Made by a program: the position numbers and the translations under genes. Shown here piece by piece: positions 6,914 to 16,596 of a stretch of DNA of 55,981 nt. Position 1 is the stretch's first letter. Every line of letters begins with the position of its first letter. The notes under the pieces are model-generated. The model was not told the origin of the DNA. It was given only the letters and a program-made list of their open reading frames with translations, and did no database searches. Source of the DNA: Bacteroidales bacterium. GTDB lineage: Bacteria > Bacteroidota > Bacteroidia > Bacteroidales > UBA932. Where the stretch lies: positions 1 through 55,981 of the forward strand of contig WQYK01000001.1 of the NCBI GenBank assembly GCA_009781275.1, given 5' to 3'.

Positions 6914-8590
6914 ATGGAACATTTTGTTGTATCGGCCCGAAAATATCGGCCACAGCGTTTTGACACCATCCTGGGACAAAACAACATTGCAGCCACGCTC
7001 AAGAACGCAATTTTGCGGAAACAGTTGGCGCATGCCTATCTCTTTTGCGGTCCCAGAGGAGTGGGAAAAACCACATGCGCACGTATCTTTGCCAAAACGA
7101 TTAACTGCCTTACGCCCACATCAGAGATGGAAGCGTGTGGCCAATGCGAATCGTGCCACTCCTTTGCAGAGGGACGTTCTTACTGTATCCATGAATTGGA
7201 CGCCGCTTCCAACAACTCGGTAGAGGACATCCGGCAACTCATAGAAAAGGTACGCATCCCGCCCCAGATCGGCGCCTACAGCGTCTACATCATCGACGAG
7301 GTGCACATGCTTTCGCAAAGCGCTTTTAATGCGTTTCTAAAGACGCTGGAAGAGCCCCCCTCCTACGCCCTTTTTATTTTGGCTACCACAGAGAAACATA
7401 AGATTCTCCCTACGATTCTGTCGCGCTGTCAAACGTTTGACTTTAATCGTATTAGCGTAAAGGACATGGCCGACTCGCTCTCTCAGATAGCCAAAGAGCA
7501 AGAGGTTGAAATTGAACCGGAAGCATTGCATGTTATTGCCGTTAAGGCAGACGGAGCGATGCGGGACGCCCTTACGCTCTATGACCAGACGGTGGCTTTT
7601 TGCGGGAACAACATTACATACCAACAAGTTATTTCTAACCTTAATGTGCTCGATTATGAGTACTATTTTTCTTTGACCGGCCACTTTCTGTCGCACAATT
7701 ACATTGATGCGCTCACTATTTTTGATGAAGTCTTGTCCAAAGGATTTAACGCTCTGCACTTTATAGCAGGACTTAGCAACCATTTCCGCGACTTGCTGGT
7801 GGGAAAAGAGCCGGCTACCGTTCCACTGCTTGAGACAAGCCCGGCGCTGACTGCCCGTTATGTGGAGCAGGCCGGATTGTGCTCTTTCTCTTTTTTGTAC
7901 GATGCGCTGCGTATCTGTGCTGCTTGTGAGGCGGGGTATAAGTTGAGTGGTAATCCGAGGTTGCATATTGAGTTGACTCTTGTTAGGTTGGCGCAAGTGG
8001 GTGTAAGAGAACAAGCAATAGCTGCTGCTCCCGTGCCTGTGCCTGCGACTGCGCCTGCTACTGCGCCTGCTACTGCGCCTGCTACTCCTCTTTTAGCAGA
8101 TCCCTCAGTCGCTCCTAAAGTCGCTCATTCGGGAGGGTCGCTGTCAATTAATGCTATGCTTAAGAAGGAGCAGCAACGGGCGGCGGAGCAGGTGGTTGTT
8201 CCTCAGAAAGAGGAAAAAAGCTTGCCTTTTACACTTGAGCAGCTTTATGGCGTCTGGGCGCATCTGGCTGATCACTTCAAAACGCTTCCGCGCCTTAGTG
8301 CCATCCTGTCTTCGGGTAAACCTCGTATTGAGAACGATACACAAATCCTTTTTGAAGTGGACAACTCTGCACAACGTGAGTGGATTGAACAAAAATGTTT
8401 GAACACTATGTGCGCCTTTCTCAAACAAGAGCTCAATAACAATCTTCTTACCATTGTTTTAGAGACAAAACCTGTGGAACAAAACGATAAAAGCCGGCTC
8501 TACATGCCCGAAGAAAAAGCCAAATTCCTCTTTGAAACCCATCCGGAGGTAAAGGAGTTAAAAAACGATTTACAGTTAGATACTGCATAG
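6914..8590 (+). CDS. dnaX: DNA polymerase III subunit gamma/tau
   Basis: MEHFVVSARKYRPQRFDTILGQ N-terminus, Walker A GPRGVGKTT, zinc module CGQCESC, SRC motif (LSRCQ). Ala/Pro-rich linker with a 12-bp tandem repeat. Confidence 0.93.
   Translation: MEHFVVSARKYRPQRFDTILGQNNIAATLKNAILRKQLAHAYLFCGPRGVGKTTCARIFAKTINCLTPTSEMEACGQCESCHSFAEGRSYCIHELDAASNNSVEDIRQLIEKVRIPPQIGAYSVYIIDEVHMLSQSAFNAFLKTLEEPPSYALFILATTEKHKILPTILSRCQTFDFNRISVKDMADSLSQIAKEQEVEIEPEALHVIAVKADGAMRDALTLYDQTVAFCGNNITYQQVISNLNVLDYEYYFSLTGHFLSHNYIDALTIFDEVLSKGFNALHFIAGLSNHFRDLLVGKEPATVPLLETSPALTARYVEQAGLCSFSFLYDALRICAACEAGYKLSGNPRLHIELTLVRLAQVGVREQAIAAAPVPVPATAPATAPATAPATPLLADPSVAPKVAHSGGSLSINAMLKKEQQRAAEQVVVPQKEEKSLPFTLEQLYGVWAHLADHFKTLPRLSAILSSGKPRIENDTQILFEVDNSAQREWIEQKCLNTMCAFLKQELNNNLLTIVLETKPVEQNDKSRLYMPEEKAKFLFETHPEVKELKNDLQLDTA
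8033..8086 (+). repeat. In-frame tandem repeat in the dnaX linker (3 perfect copies of GCGCCTGCTACT plus degenerate upstream copies)
   Basis: Perfect units at 8051-8062, 8063-8074 and 8075-8086, preceded by GTGCCT GTGCCT GCGACT. Encodes PVPVPATAPATAPATAPATP. Confidence 0.9.
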
Positions 8591-8609
8591 CATCTTAAAT
8601 CTTGACTAT

Positions 8610-9491
8610 ATGCGCTTATATTGCACCAACTTGATAAAAAAATATGGCACCCGGACGGTTGTCAAGGGAGTCTCCATTTACATTGACCAAGGCGAAATCG
8701 TAGGACTCTTGGGGCCTAATGGCGCCGGAAAAACCACCAGCTTTTACATGATCACAGGGCTGATTAAAGCCAATGCCGGAAACATTTATCTTGATAATGA
8801 AGATATTACAAACTATCCCATGTATAGGCGGGCGCAAAAAGGTTTGGGGTATTTAGCGCAGGAAGCCTCCATTTTCAGAAAAATGACCGTCGAAGACAAT
8901 CTATTGTCCGTGATGGAAGTATCGGGACTTTCCAAGAAAGCGCGGTTAGAAAGGATGGAACAACTCATCGAAGAGTTTGGGTTGCAAAAGGTGCGCAAAA
9001 GCTTTGGAATCCAGCTATCCGGAGGTGAGCGTCGCCGTTGCGAAATTGCCCGCGCCTTAGCCATCGACCCCAAGTTTATTTTGCTCGACGAGCCCTTTGC
9101 CGGTGTTGACCCCATTGCAGTAGAAGATATTCAGCACATCATCGCCAAACTCAAAACCAAAAACATTGGAATCGTCATCACCGACCACAACGTACACGAA
9201 ACGTTAGCCATCACCGACCGCGCCTACCTCCTGTACGAAGGAAGCATTTTAGAGAGCGGCAGCGCAGAAGACCTGGCCAACAATCCCGAAGTAAGGCGCA
9301 AATACTTAGGCCAAAACTTTGAACTGCGCAAAGCCATCATCCCACAAGCCGCCAACACCCCTGATGCCTCCACCCCCTCCCCACCCCCTGCCTCCCCGTC
9401 AGCACCTGAGCCAACAACAACCCCTGCCACTGACAAAGACCTCTTTTCCTACAGCCAAGAGGCGCAGGAGAAAGAACGGCTTAGTCCGTAA
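8610..9491 (+). CDS. lptB: LPS export ABC transporter ATP-binding protein LptB, with a 52-aa Pro/Thr/Ser-rich C-terminal extension
   Basis: Walker A GPNGAGKTT, signature LSGGERRR, Walker B ILLDEPFAGVD, and LptB-like end NPEVRRKYLGQNF. The frame stays open for 52 more codons. Confidence 0.9.
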   Translation: MRLYCTNLIKKYGTRTVVKGVSIYIDQGEIVGLLGPNGAGKTTSFYMITGLIKANAGNIYLDNEDITNYPMYRRAQKGLGYLAQEASIFRKMTVEDNLLSVMEVSGLSKKARLERMEQLIEEFGLQKVRKSFGIQLSGGERRRCEIARALAIDPKFILLDEPFAGVDPIAVEDIQHIIAKLKTKNIGIVITDHNVHETLAITDRAYLLYEGSILESGSAEDLANNPEVRRKYLGQNFELRKAIIPQAANTPDASTPSPPPASPSAPEPTTTPATDKDLFSYSQEAQEKERLSP

Positions 9492-9972
9492 TATAACCAT
9501 TGAACGAAATGGGTTGGCGCGTGTTGTCGGATACCGAGATGTTTGCTGACCCGGTAGTGGTGATGTTTAATGTGATCTCATAGTGGTGATTCGCCTCCTT
9601 GAGGGCAATATGGGCACTCCATCCCCCTTTTTTTGCCTCTTTGAGCGTGTATACAAAATCGGCGCTTTTGAACTTGATGCCGCCCTCAGACGGGTTGGCC
9701 GGAGCCACGTATGCCCTGCCAAAATAGGGCAGGTACGCCATAACAGAGTCTTTGGTCACAATCATGTCATAATTGGACGTCAAGTTGATTGACCTGCCTG
9801 TCATTGGTAAGGCGTATTGAGCCACAAATTTATACTCTTGTGCATTGACCAATCTTTGTACTTTTTCTGTACTTTCTTGTCGAAGTTCGCTTTTTGACCT
9901 CTTTTCTTGCGCATAGAGGACGCTACCGGCTGTAATGAACGCACATAATGTCAGTATACCCATTTTATTCAT
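9481..9972 (-). CDS. Small secreted protein (DUF4251-like)
   Basis: ATG 9972 gives MNKMGILTLCAFITAGSVLYAQ, a signal peptide. 163 aa. The family resemblance is from memory only. The longer ORF-track start (10101) lies in the divergent promoter region. Confidence 0.55.
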   Translation of the reverse strand: MNKMGILTLCAFITAGSVLYAQEKRSKSELRQESTEKVQRLVNAQEYKFVAQYALPMTGRSINLTSNYDMIVTKDSVMAYLPYFGRAYVAPANPSEGGIKFKSADFVYTLKEAKKGGWSAHIALKEANHHYEITLNITTTGSANISVSDNTRQPISFNGYITD

Positions 9973-10026
9973 GTTGTAGTGTTTTAATATGCTGTCTGCA
10001 AATATCGTTCCAAAAAAAAAACCTTT

Positions 10027-10064
10027 TTTGTGTAAAAAATTGTAAAAAAGTGGAGCAAAGTGGA
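10027..10064 (+). promoter_or_regulatory. Phased direct repeats upstream of mraZ: candidate MraZ operator
   Basis: AAAGTGGA occurs twice exactly 10 bp apart (10047-10054 and 10057-10064). Two degenerate copies (GTGTA at 10030, TTGTA at 10040) keep the same 10-bp phase, and all sit immediately upstream of the -7 box. Confidence 0.55.
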
Positions 10065-10074
10065 AAACTTTTTC

Positions 10075-10082
10075 TATATTTG
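10075..10082 (+). promoter_or_regulatory. Candidate -7 box (TATATTTG) for the dcw operon (Pmra equivalent)
   Basis: Exact TAnnTTTG match, with 17 nt between the box and the mraZ ATG at 10100. Confidence 0.55.
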
Positions 10083-10099
10083 TAGCCTGGATTATTGTC

Positions 10100-10546
10100 A
10101 TGATTATAGGCGAACATATTGCAAAATTGGATGATAAAGGCCGACTGGTCTTTCCGGCTCCTCTTAAAGTGCTTGCAGAGAGTGAAGTAGGAGGAAGGCT
10201 TCGTTTTGTAGTTAAAAAAAACCTGTTTCGCCTCTGCTTGGAGATGTATGTGGATAAGGAGTGGAAACGACAATCTGAGGGTGTAAGGGCGCGCCTTAAC
10301 CCTTTTAATCGTGATCACGACCTGTTCTGGAGTGCCTACATGAGCGACACCGCCATCGTGGAACCGGATGAAAAGATGGGTCGAATCCAAATCCCCAGGA
10401 GTTTGTTAGATCTGATTGATGTGCGCAAAGAGGTAGTCTTTGCAAGCAAAGACTACAAAATTGAAGTGTGGGCAAAAGAGCATTTCCCAGAAAGCAAAAT
10501 ATCTGGAGAAAAGCAAGTTGAATTGGCTGAAAAGATTTTAGGTTAA
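10100..10546 (+). CDS. mraZ: Transcriptional regulator MraZ
   Basis: MIIGEHIAKLDDKGRLVFPA plus a second SpoVT/AbrB-like half (DEKMGRIQIPRSL). 148 aa. First gene of the dcw cluster. Confidence 0.93.
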   Translation: MIIGEHIAKLDDKGRLVFPAPLKVLAESEVGGRLRFVVKKNLFRLCLEMYVDKEWKRQSEGVRARLNPFNRDHDLFWSAYMSDTAIVEPDEKMGRIQIPRSLLDLIDVRKEVVFASKDYKIEVWAKEHFPESKISGEKQVELAEKILG

Positions 10547-10548
10547 CC

Positions 10549-11463
10549 ATGTCCCAATACCATCAACCCGTCATGTTACGCGAGAGCGTCGCCGCCTTGG
10601 CCATGAGACCAAACGGAACCTACGTGGACGCCACTTTGGGTGGAGGGGGACATTCTCGTGCCATGCTGGAGCAACTGCAGGAAGGGCGTTTATATGCATT
10701 TGATTGTGATACTGATGCAGCAGTAAATGCACCCAAAGACAGTCGGTTTGTTTTTGTACGTTGCAATTTTAAGTATCTGCAAAACTGTTTGCGCTACCTG
10801 GGTTGCATGTCTGTAGATGGGATTTTGGCTGATTTGGGGGTCTCCTCCCATCAGTTTGATGTGGGCGAACGTGGTTTCTCCTTTCGCTTTGACACCGATC
10901 TGGATATGCGGATGAATCGCGACGCATCGATCACCGCCGCCCGGATACTGAACCACTATTCTCAGGAAGAATTGGAGCGCCTTTTTCGTCAATACGGAGA
11001 GATGCCGCAAAGCAGGCGGGTTGCTGCCCTGGTGGTAAAAGCGCGGGAACAAATGGCCATTGGAAGCTCCGTAGCACTTTCTGAAGCCCTTGCATCCATT
11101 GTCCCGCATCAACATCCCCATAAATTTTGGGCGACTTTGTATCAGTCACTAAGAATTGAGGTGAATAGAGAAATGGATGCGTTGGAAGCGCTGCTGGAGC
11201 AATCGTTGCGGCTGCTCAAAAGCGGCGGACGTTTGGTTGTCATCACCTATCACTCTCTGGAAGATCGAATGGTCAAAAACTTTATGCGAAGCGGGAATGT
11301 TAGCGGTCATATTACTAAAGATTTCTATGGCAATGAGGAGAGTCCGTTTAGGGTCGTCTATAAAAAAGCCGTTACGCCATCGGCTGATGAGTTGGCGCAA
11401 AATAACCGCGCCCGTAGCGCAAAACTAAGGGTGGCAGAAAAAAACGACGGTTCAAAAAAATGA
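10549..11463 (+). CDS. rsmH: 16S rRNA (cytosine1402-N4)-methyltransferase
   Basis: YHQPVMLRE, DATLGGGGHS and DLGVSSHQFD motifs. 304 aa. Confidence 0.95.
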   Translation: MSQYHQPVMLRESVAALAMRPNGTYVDATLGGGGHSRAMLEQLQEGRLYAFDCDTDAAVNAPKDSRFVFVRCNFKYLQNCLRYLGCMSVDGILADLGVSSHQFDVGERGFSFRFDTDLDMRMNRDASITAARILNHYSQEELERLFRQYGEMPQSRRVAALVVKAREQMAIGSSVALSEALASIVPHQHPHKFWATLYQSLRIEVNREMDALEALLEQSLRLLKSGGRLVVITYHSLEDRMVKNFMRSGNVSGHITKDFYGNEESPFRVVYKKAVTPSADELAQNNRARSAKLRVAEKNDGSKK

Positions 11464-11798
11464 GTAATCTAAAAAAATATATATCAGGCGTAATCGGGGG
11501 AGGGCCCATTTTAAACAGCTTACTTGAGAGACAGTTGCGTTTTATCTTGTTTGTGTTTGCTTTGGTTATCATATACATTAGCCTTCACTATGCTGTTGGG
11601 CAGACATTTGTTGAGAGACGCAGATTGGAGCGCGAGCTAAAAAATTTGCATGTGGAGTACAGAACCTGCATGGCAGAATTTATGTTCCTGAGTAAACGTG
11701 AAGAGGTGTCCAAACACCTGACAAGATTAGGATCCAAAGTACACGCTCCTATCGTTCCGCCAAAACGAATCATCATGGAGGACTATCCAAATGAATAA
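11460..11798 (+). CDS. ftsL: Cell division protein FtsL-like
   Basis: ATGA overlap with rsmH. One TM span (LRFILFVFALVIIYISLHY) followed by a charged helical segment. Conserved position between rsmH and ftsI. Confidence 0.7.
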   Translation: MSNLKKYISGVIGGGPILNSLLERQLRFILFVFALVIIYISLHYAVGQTFVERRRLERELKNLHVEYRTCMAEFMFLSKREEVSKHLTRLGSKVHAPIVPPKRIIMEDYPNE

Positions 11799-13890
11799 AA
11801 AAATACTTATCCGAGTGCGCATCTTGTATGCCCTGCTTCTTGTAGTCGGGCTTTGTATTACAGCGCAAATTATTCGTTTACAATTCTTTACTGCCTATAA
11901 AAAACAAGCTGGAGAGTTGGTTTTTAAGGAAGAAGAGGTAGAAGCAAACCGCGGAAGTATTCTGGCGCGGGATGGCCGTTTTTTAGCAACCTCTGTCCCC
12001 TACTACCAAATACGCATCGATTGCATGGCGCCTGTTGACTCGATCTTTCAACGTGACGTGGGTGCTCTGTCCAAAGCGTTATCCGCCTTTTTTGGCGACA
12101 AGTCGGCAACAGCATACAAAGATGAACTAATCGCTGCAAGAAAAGCGGAACACAGGTACAAACCGCTTGGAAACAGGGATGTGGACTATAAAGAGTTAAA
12201 CGTCATCAAACAATTTCCACTATTCCGTCTGGGTCCAAACCGCGGTGGAATTATTGCCGTGCAAAAAAACAGGCGCATCAATCCATACGGACGATTGGCT
12301 CAACGTACCATTGGTTTCATCAACAGCGAAGGTGTCGGCCCAGGGGTCGAGAGCTCCTTTGATTTTTACCTAAAAGGACGACCGGGAAAGCAAATCACCA
12401 AGCGCCTCCCGGGTGGAGAGCGTGCTCCTTTGAGTCACACTCCATTAGTCAGGCCACAAGACGGTCATGATGTCCAAACGACGATTGATATAGATATTCA
12501 GGAGGCCACCGAATCGGCTTTGCGTGACCAATTGGCAAAATCAACTGTTTTTGAAGGCGCCACTGCTATTGTGATGGAGGTTAAAACCGGAGCCATCCGG
12601 GCCATCTCCAATTTAAAAAAAGCAGAAGATGGCACTTACGACGAGTCATATAACTACGCTATTGGCGCAGCTACCGAACCCGGATCGACCTTTAAATTGG
12701 CAACCTTGATTGCACTCCTTGAAGGAAATTACGTTACCCTCAACACCATGGTTGACGCAGGCAACGGCAGGTGGAACTACGGCAATCATACTTTTAGCGA
12801 CGTCACAAGTGTCGGATATGGGAAAATTAACGTGCTCAAAGCCTTTGAAAAATCGTCCAATGTGGCTTTTGCTCAATTGGCTGTCAAGCACTTTTCGGGA
12901 AAAGAGAAAGAGTATGTAGAGAGGCTCTACAATATGAAATTACGTGAAAAACTAGACATCGAGTTGTTGGGAGAGGGAACGGCCATGATACGCCAACCAT
13001 CCGACCAGCTGTGGTCCAAGCTCACCCTCCCCATGATGTCCATAGGATATGAAGTGCTGCTCACTCCCATGCATACCCTCACCTTCTACAACGCCATTGC
13101 CAATGGCGGAAGGATGATGAAACCCTATTTTATCGAAAGCCTAAAGCGATACGGCCAGGTTGAAAAAGAGTTTAGACCACAAGTGATCAGCGGTGCCATC
13201 TGCTCAAAATCGACCATCGACAGCGTACAAAAGGCGTTGCGTTATGTGGTGAAAGAGGGAACAGCCAAAGCCATTGACGACAAACGTTACGAAATATCGG
13301 GGAAAACGGGAACCGCACAAATTGCTTTTGACGGCGTGTATAAAGACAAAGAGGGCAACCGCAAACACCAAGCCTCTTTTGCCGGTTTCTTTCCTGCCGA
13401 CAATCCTCAATACACCATGGTCGTGGTGCTCTACACCCGCAAAACCCGTGAAAATTTTTATGGAGGAGCCTGGGCAGCACCTGTATTTAAACAAATTGCT
13501 GACAAAATCTTTAGTACCGGCTACGATTGGAACGACCCTGTCTCTATTGATAAAACCACTCCGATGGCCATGCCCCACATGCTGGCCGGTAACAATGGAT
13601 TTACCCGCGATCTTCTTGGCGCGCTCTCGGGAGATGCCAAAACATCTTCACGCAGGAATGACTATGCTCCCCAACTCTTTTTGGAAGATGATACCGTTCC
13701 GGACGTAAAAGGTATGGGATTGCGAGATGCTCTTTATATTCTTGAGCGTAAAGGACTTAAAGTAAAAACAACAGGCATTGGAGAGGTTACCGTTCAAAAT
13801 CCGCCGGCGGGTACACCGCTTAGCCAAGTCTCCCAAGTTGAAATCAGCCTGCAAAAAATACAAAAGAGACAAATAGCAAACAATCGATGA
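11791..13890 (+). CDS. ftsI: Penicillin-binding protein (class B transpeptidase, FtsI/PBP3-type) with a C-terminal PASTA domain
   Basis: SxxK (GSTFKL), SxN (KSSNVA) and KTG (GKTGTA) motifs, an N-terminal TM anchor, and a PASTA-like end (VPDVKGMGLRDALYILERKGLKV). Confidence 0.9.
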   Translation: MNKKILIRVRILYALLLVVGLCITAQIIRLQFFTAYKKQAGELVFKEEEVEANRGSILARDGRFLATSVPYYQIRIDCMAPVDSIFQRDVGALSKALSAFFGDKSATAYKDELIAARKAEHRYKPLGNRDVDYKELNVIKQFPLFRLGPNRGGIIAVQKNRRINPYGRLAQRTIGFINSEGVGPGVESSFDFYLKGRPGKQITKRLPGGERAPLSHTPLVRPQDGHDVQTTIDIDIQEATESALRDQLAKSTVFEGATAIVMEVKTGAIRAISNLKKAEDGTYDESYNYAIGAATEPGSTFKLATLIALLEGNYVTLNTMVDAGNGRWNYGNHTFSDVTSVGYGKINVLKAFEKSSNVAFAQLAVKHFSGKEKEYVERLYNMKLREKLDIELLGEGTAMIRQPSDQLWSKLTLPMMSIGYEVLLTPMHTLTFYNAIANGGRMMKPYFIESLKRYGQVEKEFRPQVISGAICSKSTIDSVQKALRYVVKEGTAKAIDDKRYEISGKTGTAQIAFDGVYKDKEGNRKHQASFAGFFPADNPQYTMVVVLYTRKTRENFYGGAWAAPVFKQIADKIFSTGYDWNDPVSIDKTTPMAMPHMLAGNNGFTRDLLGALSGDAKTSSRRNDYAPQLFLEDDTVPDVKGMGLRDALYILERKGLKVKTTGIGEVTVQNPPAGTPLSQVSQVEISLQKIQKRQIANNR

Positions 13891-15344
13891 AATTAGAGAT
13901 ACTCATACACCATCTTGAGCCAAAGCAGCGTTTACATCCAAACCTCAATCCGGATGTCTCTGCTATCTGTTTTGATTCCAGGAAAGTGTCTCCGGGAACG
14001 CTCTTTGTGGCTGTATGCGGCACACAGACAGATGGACATCAGTATATTACTCAAGCGATTGAAAAGGGTGCCGTTGCCATTGTGTGTGAAAAATTTGTGG
14101 AACAGCCCGTTCCGCAAGTCCCTTACATTGTTGTAGAAGACAGCAAAGAGGCGTTAGGGTTGCTGGCATCTGCCTTTTGGGGACATCCCTCCCGTGCCCT
14201 CCACCTCATTGGAATCACCGGCACCAACGGAAAAACCACCACAGCAACTTTGCTTTACCGCCTTTTTAAAGATTTGGGGTATGCTTGCGGATTGATTTCC
14301 ACCATAGAAAACTATGTTGACAACACCGTCCTGCCCAGCACCCATACCACTCCCGACGCTTTGGAATTAAATCAGCTGTTGGCAGATATGGTCGCCGGGG
14401 GGTGCGCCTATTGTTTTATGGAAGTGAGTTCCCACGCCATTGACCAGGGACGGATTTCCGGCATCCGTTTTAGCGGATCCGTCTTTACCAACCTCACCCA
14501 TGACCACTTAGATTACCACATCACTTTTGCCGAGTACCTCAGATGCAAAAAAAGGCTCTTTGACCACCTCCCCTCTGATGCTTTTGCCCTTGTCAATATT
14601 GACGACAAAAACGGAAAGGTGATGCTCCAAAATACCATTGCCAATAGGTACAGCTATGCCTGTAAAACGATGGCAGATTTTAGCGGACGTGTGATTGAAC
14701 AGAGTGTCGAAGGGATGTTGGTTAGGATAGACGGCACAGAAATCTCTACCTCCATTATTGGCAGGCATAACGCCTACAATCTATTGGCAGTTTACGCCGT
14801 AGCCAGACTTTTAGGCGTCCCTAAAGAGGAGGTATTGCCCCTCCTGTCTACCCTCCAGTGCGTATCGGGTCGCCTCGAATACGTTAAAGGGGGGAATCAG
14901 ATTACGGCTGTGATCGACTACTCGCACACACCCGATGCCTTAAAAAATGCACTATCCACCCTCAACGATATATTGGCCCCCAATCAATCGCTCTACACCG
15001 TGGTGGGCTGCGGAGGAAACAGAGACAAGACCAAGCGTCCAGAGATGGCGCGAATTGCCGTTGAAAACAGCACTCAAGCCATCTTTACCTCTGACAATCC
15101 ACGCTTTGAAGATCCGCTTGACATTTTAAACGATATGCTTCTGGGCCTCACCGACCAGGAGCGCGCCCGCTGCCTCTCCATTCCCGACCGGCGTGAAGCG
15201 ATCAAAACAGCGATCGTGATGGCTCCCCCAAAAAGCATCATTCTGGTTGCCGGAAAAGGACATGAGGATTATCAGGATATTAAAGGAGTAAAACACCATT
15301 TTGACGATAAAGAGATATGCTATACCACCTTTTTGAATATTTAA
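13887..15344 (+). CDS. murE: UDP-N-acetylmuramoyl-L-alanyl-D-glutamate--2,6-diaminopimelate ligase
   Basis: [12 protein letters not shown]-loop and a DNPR motif ([10 protein letters not shown]) indicative of meso-DAP specificity. ATGA overlap with ftsI. Confidence 0.95.
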   Translation: MKLEILIHHLEPKQRLHPNLNPDVSAICFDSRKVSPGTLFVAVCGTQTDGHQYITQAIEKGAVAIVCEKFVEQPVPQVPYIVVEDSKEALGLLASAFWGHPSRALHLIGITGTNGKTTTATLLYRLFKDLGYACGLISTIENYVDNTVLPSTHTTPDALELNQLLADMVAGGCAYCFMEVSSHAIDQGRISGIRFSGSVFTNLTHDHLDYHITFAEYLRCKKRLFDHLPSDAFALVNIDDKNGKVMLQNTIANRYSYACKTMADFSGRVIEQSVEGMLVRIDGTEISTSIIGRHNAYNLLAVYAVARLLGVPKEEVLPLLSTLQCVSGRLEYVKGGNQITAVIDYSHTPDALKNALSTLNDILAPNQSLYTVVGCGGNRDKTKRPEMARIAVENSTQAIFTSDNPRFEDPLDILNDMLLGLTDQERARCLSIPDRREAIKTAIVMAPPKSIILVAGKGHEDYQDIKGVKHHFDDKEICYTTFLNI

Positions 15345-16594
15345 GAAGCAGTTTTGATTTTCCGGGAGTCGGATTGTTCCAATACATCACCTTCAGGTCT
15401 ATGTTTTCTGTAATCACGGCATTGCTCATTGCCCTATTCTTTGGGCATAAGGTCATACAGCTGTTGCGGCGCAAACAAATTGGTGAGAGCATCAGGGATT
15501 TGGGTTTAGAGGGGCAAATGTCCAAAAAGGGAACCCCTACCATGGGTGGTCTCATCATTATTTTAGCGCTCCTGGTCCCTACGCTCCTCTTTGGCGACCT
15601 ATCCAATATCTACATTCAGCTGATGTTGGTCTCTACCCTCTGGTTAGGCTTTATCGGATTTGCCGACGACTATATTAAAGTGTTCAAAAAGAATAAAGAG
15701 GGACTTCGAGGGCGTTTCAAGGTGATGGGACAAGTGGGTTTGGGGCTGCTCATTGGGCTTGTGCTCTGTCTTAACAACCAAACAGTCATCCGCGAAGTGG
15801 TACCGGGTTCCACTCCCCAAGCCCGTATTGAATCGGTCGAGACGGAACAAGGCGTTCAGCAGTTGCCTGTATTGGACAGTAAAAACACCAAAACCACCAT
15901 TCCTTTTGTAAAAGAGAACGAATTTGACTACACCTGGTTATGGCCGTTTAAAGGATCCGGCAAACAAACAGCGGGCTGGATCATCTACGTGATAGCCATC
16001 ATCTTTATTATTACCGCAGTCTCTAATGGCACCAACCTGACCGACGGGATGGATGGTCTGGCCACAGGCGTTACTATTGTTGTGGCTGTTACCTTGGGTA
16101 TTTTGGCCTATCTGTCGGGAAACATCATCTATTCAAAATATTTGAATATCATGTATATTCCAAATAGTGGAGAGTTGGTGGTCTTTGTGGCGGCTTTGGT
16201 TGGGGCGTTGGTCGGATTTCTTTGGTACAATGCCTATCCCGCTCAAGTATTTATGGGAGACACAGGCAGTCTGGCGTTGGGCGGAATTGTTGCCGTATTT
16301 GCCATCCTGATACGTAAAGAACTGCTAATACCTATTCTATGTGGGATCTATCTTGTAGAGAGTCTGTCGGTCATCTTGCAGCGCTACTACTTTAAATACA
16401 CCAAACACAAGTATGGGGAGGGACGCCGTATCTTTAAAATGGCGCCTCTTCACCACCATTTTCAAAAAGAAGGGGTAGAGGCGTTGATTACCAAACCTGC
16501 GCAACCTCTTCCCGAAGCTAAAATCGTCACCCGTTTTTGGATTATCGCCCTGTTGCTGGCTGCAATCACTGTTATTACGCTAAAAATAAGATAA
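15317..16594 (+). CDS. mraY: Phospho-N-acetylmuramoyl-pentapeptide transferase
   Basis: MLYHLFEYL...FQYITFRS N-terminus, multiple TM spans, DGMDGLA and [11 protein letters not shown] motifs. Overlaps murE by 28 nt. Confidence 0.95.
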   Translation: MLYHLFEYLRSSFDFPGVGLFQYITFRSMFSVITALLIALFFGHKVIQLLRRKQIGESIRDLGLEGQMSKKGTPTMGGLIIILALLVPTLLFGDLSNIYIQLMLVSTLWLGFIGFADDYIKVFKKNKEGLRGRFKVMGQVGLGLLIGLVLCLNNQTVIREVVPGSTPQARIESVETEQGVQQLPVLDSKNTKTTIPFVKENEFDYTWLWPFKGSGKQTAGWIIYVIAIIFIITAVSNGTNLTDGMDGLATGVTIVVAVTLGILAYLSGNIIYSKYLNIMYIPNSGELVVFVAALVGALVGFLWYNAYPAQVFMGDTGSLALGGIVAVFAILIRKELLIPILCGIYLVESLSVILQRYYFKYTKHKYGEGRRIFKMAPLHHHFQKEGVEALITKPAQPLPEAKIVTRFWIIALLLAAITVITLKIR

Positions 16595-16596
16595 TC

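Noticed and set aside
8214-8220. Canonical E. coli-type dnaX slippery heptamer A AAA AAG
   Set aside because: The string AAAAAAG is present, but in the register GAA AAA AGC, so the A-site tRNA could not re-pair in the -1 frame as it does in E. coli. It is kept only as a low-confidence slippage candidate in the findings.
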